A stretch of 40,165 bases of DNA, from assembly GCA_904063045.1 (NCBI GenBank), contig CAJFCJ010000148.1, positions 1-40,165 of the forward strand. The letters run 5' to 3'. The translations under genes were made by a program, and so were the position numbers. Within the stretch, counting starts at the first letter, position 1. Each line of letters opens with the position of its first letter. Under the pieces are notes generated by a model. That model did not search any database. It worked only from the letters and a program-made list of their open reading frames with translations, and was not told the DNA's origin. Positions 11,889 to 21,950 of this stretch are shown here, piece after piece. Source of the stretch: Dimorphilus gyrociliatus (taxonomy: Eukaryota > Animalia > Annelida).

Positions 11889-12633
11889 AAATTGTTGTTA
11901 ATAATGAATGTTGATTTTTCATTCCTCTGAATGGAATTCAATAATGTTATATTCTTCTTGGCAACTGATCCAACAATTCCATCATATCTCTGCTTATCCT
12001 TTCTTAAACCTCTAAAATTTATGTTAATATAATATCCAATTGAAAATTTGTTGGCTTTCTCAATAATAATCCTTAAACTATGAATTCCAAGTGAAGTATC
12101 AATTACTACTTCATTATTTGATATTGAAATAGATAATGATTTGTAAACAACATTTGTTTCATGTTCCCATTTATACATTTCTTGTTTTGGTAGAGTTATG
12201 TAATCAACACCAACAACAAGCCTTTCACCTTGATGAGTGATTATAGCCTGGTGTAAATAGTAGTCATCTTTAAGGACTCCTACTTTTGTTCTTGAATATT
12301 TGTCATCTAGTATATTAATTAATTGTCCACTTGAGCCAGTCACATCAAAGCAAATATCTAAAATTTTTCCAGTTTTACTATCAAAAACTTTTTGCTCAAA
12401 ATGAGGGTCTCCAAATGTACCAGGACTTACTGTGTGAACATTTTTTTAAAAAGGAAATTAATTGTTAATCAAAACTTACCTCCAGAACATGGATTTTGAC
12501 TATTTAGAGACTCTGCAGGTTCAACAACCCAACTCAGGGGATCATTTGCATTTAAATTGAAACATCGTGACACAGGAGTTCCTGATGCTATCAAATATTT
12601 GTTATCCCATTGTACTGCTCTTGCTGGCAAAAT
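11889..12633 (-). CDS. 3' part of a gene with a GDPH/ITI heavy-chain C-terminal-like domain
   Basis: Exon 12633-12480, 50-nt GT-AG intron 12479-12430, then SPGTFGDPHFEQKVFD...ICFDVTGSSGQ...LKDDYYL; paralogous to 13620-14684; 5' end and true 3' end unresolved. Confidence 0.7.
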
Positions 12634-12641
12634 CTATGTGT

Positions 12642-12870
12642 TTGCAAGTTATAACAATACTGGTTCTACTTGAACCTTTAAACAAATGTTTAAATTAAAA
12701 CAGTTTATTCGCAATAATAATACTTAAGCAAGTAACAATATGAGAGTTTAATAGCAGAGTAGATAGTTCATAATAGCAGGTTGCCAAATTACCAAACTGT
12801 CTTCCAATGTTGAGGAGTAGATGGATGGTTCCAGTGGAGGTTGTTTCCAGGTGATCTTCCCAGGTCCTTG
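12642..12870 (-). repeat. Dispersed repeat homologous to 240-460
   Basis: See 240-460. Confidence 0.7.
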
Positions 12871-12977
12871 GGTCCAGATGGAAACTGCATGCCAAATGAA
12901 AATAGTGAGGATTTATATACTTTGAGGTTTGCCTCTGACATCGAATCATCACTTTACAGTTGCAGAAATGTGTAATT

Positions 12978-13505
12978 NNNNNNNNNNNNNNNNNNNNNNN
13001 NNNNNNNNNNNNNNNNNNNNNNNNNNNNNNNNNNNNNNNNNNNNNNNNNNNNNNNNNNNNNNNNNNNNNNNNNNNNNNNNNNNNNNNNNNNNNNNNNNNN
13101 NNNNNNNNNNNNNNNNNNNNNNNNNNNNNNNNNNNNNNNNNNNNNNNNNNNNNNNNNNNNNNNNNNNNNNNNNNNNNNNNNNNNNNNNNNNNNNNNNNNN
13201 NNNNNNNNNNNNNNNNNNNNNNNNNNNNNNNNNNNNNNNNNNNNNNNNNNNNNNNNNNNNNNNNNNNNNNNNNNNNNNNNNNNNNNNNNNNNNNNNNNNN
13301 NNNNNNNNNNNNNNNNNNNNNNNNNNNNNNNNNNNNNNNNNNNNNNNNNNNNNNNNNNNNNNNNNNNNNNNNNNNNNNNNNNNNNNNNNNNNNNNNNNNN
13401 NNNNNNNNNNNNNNNNNNNNNNNNNNNNNNNNNNNNNNNNNNNNNNNNNNNNNNNNNNNNNNNNNNNNNNNNNNNNNNNNNNNNNNNNNNNNNNNNNNNN
13501 NNNNN
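12978..13505. other. Assembly gap (528 N)
   Basis: Run of N. Confidence 1.
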
Positions 13506-13619
13506 TTATTTTAAAACTCTTTTTTATGAAAAACAAAGTGTGTTATATATATATTAATTATTTGTATTATAAAGAAAATCTAGAGAATCAGATGTTCTTT
13601 TTTATATTTTAAGCTGTAG

Positions 13620-14684
13620 AGCATGTTAATCTTCCTCAACACCCTTATGTTACTGCAACCATAAGTAGTACTCAAGTTTCATCTGCAACAATCAACATTG
13701 CATGTCATCATCTGAGTGCTAATTGCAAGTGAGTAACTGAAAAAATTGCTTATAATTTATTATATTAATTTTTTTTACAGTTTTGCCCTTATTGACCCAA
13801 GTAAAGCAACATTAGATATATCTGGAGATGTTGATGTTCAGTATACTGAAAGAGATGTTACAGCAACAAGAATTGGTTCTAGCAACTCAGCAATTATGAG
13901 AGCAAATTGTACATTGACTTATGAACTTTGGAGTTTTATTTTTGAGGTTCCATTTTATTTTAGCTCTAATACTGATCCATGGGCAATTGCATCGGGAGAT
14001 CCACATTTTAAACAAAATGTTTTTGATAAGGTAACTTCAACAATTAAACCAATCTGTTATGATGTTTCGGGATCGCCAGGAAATTATTTACATATAGTTG
14101 GATTTTTTCAATGTACTTTTCAAATGTTTGGTCAGCTTAAAGATGACTACTATCTTCATAAAATCATACTCAAATCATCTTTTGGAAACAATACAACTAT
14201 TTCAACCAATCAAATTACCCTTCATAATAAAACTATTTTGGAATGGAAGGGAAATTCTCAAAATACAATATTCAAATCCAATATTTTCCAATACAAAATA
14301 ACTGATAAATCTGTTTTCATATCAATCCTTAAATATCCTCAATTAAAAATTCAAATTGTAAGAACTACTCATTCTTTATCAGAGAAGCATTTAGATGTCA
14401 GCTTTAAACTACAACCACAAGACTATAAAACAATGAATGGCCTTATTGGTGATATTGGCAAGAAAGCATATTCGTTTTATTCACAAGTTCAACCTGAGAA
14501 TGCTACTGGTTCAGCAATTGCTGCAATTGGTGTTGACCAAAATTTAATAAAGGGAAGAAGTGTTCATAGAGACAACAATCAATGTTGGCTTATGAATGTA
14601 AATGAAATCTTGAAACCATTTAAAATATCTGAATATCTATCTGAAACAATTGATGAAGATCAGAACAAAAAATGTTTGTTTTAA
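13620..14684 (+). CDS. 3' exons of a gene with a cadherin-like segment followed by a GDPH/ITI heavy-chain C-terminal-like domain
   Basis: Exon 13620-13728, 52-nt intron (GTGAGT..TACAG), exon 13781-14684 with ASGDPHFKQNVFD...ICYDVSGSPG...LKDDYYL...MNGLIG; 5' end lies in the gap. Confidence 0.8.
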
Positions 14685-15093
14685 AAAAGACAAACATCAA
14701 ATATTTAACAAAATTAGGGTTTCTTAACCTAAATCTTTCTTATCCTAAAATTTTGATAGTAAGCTGTATAAGATAAAAAAAAATTGCTAACAAAAATACA
14801 TTTCAAATAATAAGTTTTGCTTTTTCCAATATCTCTAGAGGCAGACCCACTTAGTAATTCATAACACCATAAACTTTCTAGAACTGGACATTTCTGTTGT
14901 AATTTCTGTGGAAGAAGCCCCTCTTCTGTTTGAATCATGATTGATAATGCTTTAGTAACTTCTTTGGCTTTTTCTGAAGAAACATTTTCAGAAGCATGTT
15001 TAGCTGATTCTATTGACATTTGTTATGTTGTTTCTTTTTTTATTTTGCAAAACAGATATATTTACAATTAGAGCATCTGTCAAACGTTTTTAT

Positions 15094-15630
15094 TTATTGC
15101 TTAAAACTGCAAAATACGCCTATGTAATAAAAAGAAAGGAAAAGAAAACATATATTTGTGAAAATACTCAATTTATATGTCCAAGAAAATATTCTTGAAT
15201 TAGATTTTAAACAAGAAAGAGAAGATTTGAACAAAAAACTATCATTTTTGTAGTCATACAAAGTCTTTCTACTCCAAACATTTGGAATCTCATTTGAAGC
15301 ATCTTTGCTAATCACTTTCATCTTTCTGGGCTCTTTTGTTTTTATAGTTTCCAACTTAGAAACTGTTGTGATTGGTTTTCTCTGGTTCAATTTTAATGAA
15401 ATTTTTGCTTTTTTAACAATATCATATAATTCTGCCGATGTCTGACTTCTAGAATGAAGGGTGTTTACCATATGTAAAACATTCTTTTGTAATTCTCTTA
15501 GTAAAACTTCCATCAGTTTCTTTTCTTTGATAGTTGCAACCAATTGTGGAATTATTGGCCTTTGTGGAGAGAACTTGTTTGTCAATTTCTTTGCTCTGTT
15601 AACAAACTGAACTGTGCTTTCTTCCGTCAT
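15094..15630 (-). mobile_element. Retrotransposon gag-like fragment
   Basis: EESTVQFVNRAKKL resembles the Ty3/Gypsy gag motif; a homologous copy lies at 39455-39830. Confidence 0.55.
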
Positions 15631-15814
15631 TTGTTTTAAGGTATACAGTTTCGATTGATACTCTCTTGACTATCATTTTACAAAGTTATTCAACATATTT
15701 TCAATAACTATTTCTTTAATTCTAAGTTTAGATTTTATTCACAACATGCATTAATCAGACATACTTCTTCCTTATTTACTCATGCTAAATGTATTCACTG
15801 GAGTAAATATCAAA

Positions 15815-15906
15815 TATTAGGGGTAATGGAAAAGGTTAGGTACAGCTAATGGCTGGGTTAGGGTTAGGGTAAAAGCACTCATTTGTGGACGTTTTCTGTT
15901 GTATCT
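15815..15906 (-). mobile_element. Truncated TAACCC-bearing MITE terminus
   Basis: GGGTTAGGGTTAGGGTAAAA...ATTTGTGGACGTTTTCTGTTGTATC is the reverse complement of the family terminus. Confidence 0.7.
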
Positions 15907-16090
15907 GTTTTCTTTATTGTTGGACTTGTTTTATTAAAGTTGTTACATCCTATTCAACTCTCCAACCTGAGAAATTCAACTATTATTTAGAAGAGGGAAA
16001 CAATAAAAACATTTTTATTTGTCTTCAAATGTTACTGTTGTTTTTGTCAACATTGGATTTTGTCAATTAAGAGCTGTTAAAAGGGTAAAG
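15907..16090 (-). repeat. Dispersed repeat family A (branch 1)
   Basis: Reverse complement matches 10020-10200 and 27290-27470. Confidence 0.75.
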
Positions 16091-16365
16091 GTCAGGTTTT
16101 ATAGCTAAAAAAAAATTTGGTTTTTTTTTGTACTACACATTTTTGTATTTTAATTATAATTTTACCTAAATTCTAAGAGTTTATGCTAGTCTTTTATGGC
16201 TTCAATCAGAGTTCTTGCCATTTTCAATCATGCCCAGTGTTAATAATTGTCATTTTCTAATGTACCTTAAATCACACATTTTGAATTTTTTTCCCTAAAC
16301 TGTTTGATGAAAGTCTGAGTCCATCACATAGCATTTTAAATCCATTTCTAATATTTATATTTTTG

Positions 16366-16610
16366 GGTTATAGATTACCGCCCAATAGACAACAGGAATG
16401 TAGGGATCAACTTGATGGTTTATTGGAAAATGGACTAATTAGAACAAGTAAAAGTCTGTGGGCCTCACCAAATGTTTTTGTTAAAAAGAAAGAAGGAACA
16501 TTGAGAATGTGTGTGATTTACAGAAAACTGCACAAGCAATCTAAAGAGAATTGTTAGCCAAATCCACACCAGGAAGATTTATTTAACAAACTTGAAGGAG
16601 GTCATAAATA
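16366..16610 (+). mobile_element. Ty3/Gypsy reverse transcriptase N-terminal fragment
   Basis: YRLPP..QECRDQLDGLLENGLIRTSKSLWASPNVFVKKKEGTLRMCVIYRKL...DLFNKLEGGHKYF, with an in-frame stop. Confidence 0.9.
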
Positions 16611-16740
16611 CTTTCCATTTTTTTCTTGTACATTTTAAACAGACAGTAGAAAAAAAACTATTTAATACAGTTGAAAGTTATATGATACAATGCATTCTCC
16701 TATCAGAGTTGCATGAATTATTTACAATTATTCATCTAAT

Positions 16741-17002
16741 TTCTGAATAAAGTAAAGTCATCTGCTGATTTCCAAATCTGTGCCAAATTTTAAATATCTC
16801 ACTTTGCATATTTTTGTAATGCTTTCTCTGATACTTCAATATCTTTTTCTCTGATAGTATTCTCTGATAAGCTGGAATAGGATTTGCTTCTCTTTTTAAT
16901 TCATCTATTACTGAATAGAATGAGGAATTTGCTCTTAGGTTTCCATTTAATCATTTATAGAATCCTTCCACGTCATTATTAGTTCTAATTGCATTTTGAT
17001 AT
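16741..17002 (-). mobile_element. MULE transposase C-terminal relic
   Basis: AIRTNNDVEGFYK*LN...ILSEKKILKYQRKHYKNMQSEIFKIW, homologous to 10440-10780. Confidence 0.85.
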
Positions 17003-17499
17003 GGGTTATGGAATGAACGTCCCATGGAAAGAACATCCCATTTTTGGAAAGAATACATCTATTTGAAAGAAAAATTTAATATGTAAAAAATGTATTATTT
17101 CTTTTGAAAGATATTTATATTTTTCAATGATGTAATGAGTAATCATTGTATCCACACAAGAAAACTGGTATACTCCATTTTGGAAAATTTCACTGAAGTA
17201 GTAATTTTTGGAAATTTCTCTAAATTAAAAAAGATAGGATTATTTCATTTGAAATTATAATAATTAATTATACAAACCTGATTTAAAAGCAGCTGTATTT
17301 TATGTATTTCATAAGTTTTTTTTATTTTTGTTTAGAACTTTTGTTCTGTGCATCAAATATCCTAAACATGACACTGAAATATATATATATATATATTTAT
17401 AACTTTTATGACCTATGAGATAAGATAAAATTCCTTTTTTTTAAGTATTACTTGTAATATGTAAAAATTTATTAAAAGCATACTTGAAATTGGGATAAA

Positions 17500-18050
17500 A
17501 CTAGAGGATAACAGAGTTAAAGAGCTATCAAATATGTTTGAAAGTGTGGTGTAGAAGCTCCTAAACGAGAAAATAGTTTCAAAACAGTTTCTTCTTAATT
17601 AATCTCTTAAGACTTGATATAAAATTTAAAGGAAGTAACTACTTTTGGAAAAAGTTATTTTTACCTATGATATTCAAATTTTTCTCTGATTGATCTAAAT
17701 TTAAACAATTTTATATCATTTTCTTTTTTATTATTTTATGTTAGCAAAAAAAAAAAACATGTGAAAAATTGTGAAAAATTCCATAATAGGAACTTTTCAA
17801 TATTTTTTAACTATTTCTCCAAAGGTAAAAATTGTCTGTATCAACTTTCTAAAGTGCTAATTTTCCTGATATTAGACAAGAATGAATTGTATATTTACAA
17901 ACTGACATTTTAAAAACATAGCAACTTCTAAAGTAATTTTTAAATAGCAGATGAGGGGTTAAACAGTTTGTAAAAGGTTTATATACTTGTAGAACATTAT
18001 CCTTAATCATTTACTTTATAAGTCCCTCACACAAGAGAATAGGAGTCACC
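17500..18050 (+). pseudogene. Decayed LRR relic
   Basis: Fragments LEDNRVKELSNMFESV, VLIFLILDKNEL and GVKQFVKGLYTCRTL, separated by stops. Confidence 0.3.
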
Positions 18051-18099
18051 CAAAGACATTTCCTTTTCATACATGAAATGTCCAAAATATAATCCCTGA

Positions 18100-18345
18100 T
18101 TAAAGGCTACAAAGAAACATATATTACTACACAAGACAACTGCCTTATTAATATCTGGCAATAAGTAATATAGAACAACTTTGACATATAACTTTTTAAA
18201 GTGCATTGTTCTTTTACCAGTTCTATAGCAACTCCATCTATTATAGAAAGTTCTGCAATTCCCATCTCATAAAAAAAGTCTTCCATCATTTTAATTCCTA
18301 TAAAATAAAAGGGTTTCCAAAGTTCCTTCCATCTAAAGGTAAATA
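18100..18345 (-). repeat. Dispersed repeat family B (gene-derived)
   Basis: Homologous to 25095-25320; minus-strand translation ELSIIDGVAIELVKEQCT/KKLYVKVVLYYLLPDINK. Confidence 0.7.
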
Positions 18346-18348
18346 GGG

Positions 18349-18554
18349 GGGCTGTTGATAAACGCCTATTTTGCATTTATTTGGGGTGAGATTTTGGGTT
18401 GGGAAAGGGTTAGGAAAAATATTCTGACAATTGATTTGTAATTAGGTGGGTCCAGACTAAGGGTTAGGAACAATGAAGCGCTTAAAAAAAAGTCCAAGGC
18501 TGGGTAAGGGTTAGGGTAAAACCACAAAACTGTGGGCATTTTCAACAACATCTC
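18349..18554 (-). mobile_element. TAACCC-bearing MITE (diverged)
   Basis: Termini GGGCTGTTGATAAACGCC / GTGGGCATTTTCAACAACATC; internal GGGTAAGGGTTAGGGTAAAA; no clear TSD. Confidence 0.65.
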
Positions 18555-19270
18555 TCTTATTTTCTATTTAAAATTTCTACCAGTATTCTTTTCAAGAAAA
18601 AGGCAAAATATAGAAAGAAATATTTTCTCTAAAGCTTACAATGGTTATATTACTATTTTCGTTTTAGAATGTAATTTTGTATTTTCGTAATGAAAATTTG
18701 TGGATCATTTTTCTCCTGCAAATATTAAGCATATCTGGAATCAGCAATCTCTCTCTCTCTCTTTCTCACTAACAAAATTACTATTGTTTTATGATTTCTT
18801 TTTCTTATTTGGCCAAATGACATGATTATTGGCATATAATATTTTGAGTTGAAATTTTCTTTATCTTTGTATGTGCCGACCCTCTCTTTCAATGCATTTA
18901 CTATTCCTATTCAATCATAGAAATTTGATTTATTCTGACTTTTTATGAACATTTTCTGTCCTTTTGTGGATGTTTTCTGTCAACACTAATTTTGTTACAG
19001 GCTTTTTACCTTTCTTATTCCATTTAGCCTACTCCTCTGAAATGGAGAATACTGCACACATACATTTGTCAGTTCTATTCTACTTGAGATATCTTGTATT
19101 GAAGTAGTGTTGCACTTTGCTGACTTACACTGATAAAAATAAACATTAGTGACCTACTTTGATGAATACAGTTATGAAGAGCCAGAAATTTCTACAGTTA
19201 CAATACAATAAAATACAACTACAAACAAAATAATAATTAAAAAAAAAATTCAGTTTTAGGTTTATTCGAA

Positions 19271-19755
19271 TTATTTATTGTGACTTATTTTAATAACCAC
19301 GCCCTGTTTCAACATAAACTGTCTATGTCAGCAGTTATTGCTCCTGATTCGGCCAGTTCCCTTAGCTTGTGAAAATGTCTATTTCTGCTCTATAAATCCT
19401 GCAAATAACCTTCATAGACAAGAACTTTTTAATCCTTTCTAATTTTAGCTCTTTCTAAAAATTGAATAGCAGTTTCTGTTCCAAAAGGAATTTCAACAGA
19501 TTCTGTATACAACAAATTATTTGTTTTTTTTACAATGCAACCAGTTTCTGGTAGGCAAATAAATTCAGCATACGTTCCAAAGGCAGATTCAGATGATCCA
19601 AACACCTGATCACCTTTCTTAAATAATTTAACATTTTTTCCAATCATTTCAACTTTGCCTGCAAAACATAAACCCCAAATTGGATTTTTTGGTTTTAACA
19701 AACCCAAAGAAAATCTGGCCGATATCCATAAAGACACTGGAATCTCTTTATAACC
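19271..19755 (-). pseudogene. Bacterial-type NAD(P)-dependent MDR alcohol dehydrogenase/quinone reductase pseudogene
   Basis: SLWISARFSLGLLKPKNPIWGLCFAGKVEMIGKNVKLFKKGDQVFG...GTYAEFICLPE...EIPFG..TAIQFL..AKIRKD*KVLVY, then KLRELAESGAI and KQGVVIKI; in-frame stops, most of the Rossmann fold missing. Confidence 0.8.
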
Positions 19756-19879
19756 TCAAAGTTTATATTCTGAAATTAATCTGCTACTCAGCTTTTTTCT
19801 CAAAACTGAAACAAAATGGAAAGATTATGATTTTTTGTTACATTATTTCAAAAAATAAAAAAAAAATATTACTGAAGGT

Positions 19880-20620
19880 TCCTGTACTTTGTTGTATTGT
19901 AATTGTAGGAATTTCTGCTTCTTCAGAACAGTATTTGTCCTTTCCAATCATTTATCAATGCACCAAAGTACTGGTCCAAAGACAACCTTTCAAATTCGTC
20001 CACAAGTAGTCTTAACAAATGTAATTTTGGTAGAAATTAATCAACAAAATGCCAGTATTTCGTTTAAAGAATATGTATTGAGTAAATGAGTTTCTTGTTC
20101 TAAACAAGTAAGTTTAAACAACCAGTTAATGGTTAAAGAACTGAACTGACAGGCTGGGAAAAGCATTTCCTTTTATACATTTCCAAAGCTTGGGTTCAAG
20201 TGGTCAAAGGATTACCAAGTTGAAATCTGATGGTCTCATAATTCTCATGTAACAAAAATATGAAAAACTGTTATATCACACATATAAAATATAATGCTAA
20301 GATTAGGGCCACATGCCAAACATGTGCCACAGTAAACAGGCCTGCCTCATCAGCATCTGGTGTTTGACATGCATCTTTTCCATGTTCTTTGTTCCTTTGT
20401 TAATTCCCAAGTAGCCAACATCTGTTACAGTCAAAGAGTCTATTTCTTACGAAATAGAGTTCTTTCTAAATTACTAAAAGCTAACACTATGAAATAAAAG
20501 TCTTTCTAAAGTTCCACCACTATAATTCCTACAAAATATAAGTATTTCTTTAGTTGCACCAGTCTAATTCCTATAAAAGAGAAGTCTTTTTAATGTAGCC
20601 TTATATCTAAAGTTTAAGTA
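19880..20620 (+). repeat. Joined family A + family C repeat ending in about 40-42 bp tandem units
   Basis: 19880-20150 matches family A; from GAACTGAACT onward it matches 21205-21720; tandem AAAAGTCTTTCTAAAGTTCC units. Confidence 0.85.
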
Positions 20621-21204
20621 TTGATGTATCATTATATCTAAGTGCACAGATATCCCACCCTTTTAAGACCTTGCTTCCACAAAAGGTCTTGGAGTTGTCA
20701 CAATAACTCTATTACCTTCTTTTGAAAATGTTAGATAGTTTTGAAGAAGTATTGCTCCTTGGTCAATTTCCATAGTTGAGTATGTTGGGATCTGTAATTC
20801 TTCTTATTGTATGCCTGGAGCTGTTGGTTTGGCTTTCCTTCTTTCTAAGTATTTCCAAATTCTTTTGCTAGTAAGTTGGCTACATCTTCTTTTATATGTG
20901 AGCCAAAATATGAATGAAGTTTTCATTTGAGGAAATGCATAATCAATATTTTTAAAAAAGTTAATTATATACATTTTATTTGAAGTTGGAAAATCAGTCA
21001 AAGTAAAATTTCTTTATTTACATAATAAATTTAATATTTATTGTATGTTATCTACTGTCTTTTTTAAATAGGTCCTCAAATATGCTTTTTTATGTATTGC
21101 CTCCTATTTAATAAAATAGAAACCCTTAAGGCTTTTTCTTTATCCTTCTGACCTATTTTCATATTAAAATATCATATTTGAGAGCAATTTCAACACATCA
21201 GTTA

Positions 21205-21720
21205 CAGAACTGAACTGCCAAACTAGGGAAATGTATTTCCTTTTATACATTTACCAAAGCTTGGGTTCACTTGGTCAAAAGATTACAAAATTGAAATGTA
21301 ACAGTCTCACAGTGCACATGTAACAAAAACATGAAAATCTATTACATCACTTACGGCTAACAAGCCTCCTTCTTCCACATCTGTCTTTGAGTAAGATGTA
21401 AGAAGTTTGACATGCATTTTTCTCTATTGTTTGTTCCTTTGTTAATTCCTTAGTGGCACCATCTGTTATGGTCAAAGAATCTATTTCCTATGATAAAAAA
21501 GTCTTTTTAAAGTTCTAGAATCTAATTCTACTAAATAAAAGTCTTTCTATAGCTCCACAATTATAATTTTTATGAAATAACACTTTTTCTAAACTTCCAT
21601 ACCATTATAATTCCTACAACATGAAAGTCATTCTATAGTTCCCCCATTACAATTGCTATGAAACAAAAGCCTTTTTAAAGTTCTATATTATCTAAGGTCT
21701 AAATGTTATTACATTGATAT
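21205..21720 (+). repeat. Dispersed repeat family C with about 40-42 bp tandem array
   Basis: Matches 20140-20620 (+), 27540-27885 (-) and 39316-39440 (+). Confidence 0.85.
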
Positions 21721-21950
21721 TTCTAAATGTACAAAACAGATTTATTACTTTTCACATAATGATATTTAGTGACAAAATATTATACATTAAAATTATATTC
21801 TGTATATCATTTAAAAGGTTTTATTGCCATGCATTGTATATGCACTGCCCAACACAAAACTAGCTCACTACTGCTTATCTTTATCAGTACTATCTGCACA
21901 CTACAATACTGGTTCAATACTACTTCTCTATTGCAGAGTATAGCTGACAA

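Noticed and set aside
12929-13612. Three long ORFs (12929+, 12949-, 12960+)
   Set aside because: Artefacts of the N gap
14729-15019. 96-aa minus-strand ORF
   Set aside because: No recognisable motif or splice support
2798-18554. TAACCC runs as true telomeres or chromosome-fusion scars
   Set aside because: Only 2-3 units each, always inside a TIR-bounded element
20640-21000. Possible LINE or LTR pol relic on the minus strand
   Set aside because: No diagnostic RT, RNase H or endonuclease motif
20460-21720. About 40-bp repeats as a CRISPR-like array
   Set aside because: Eukaryotic context, degenerate units and no unique spacers
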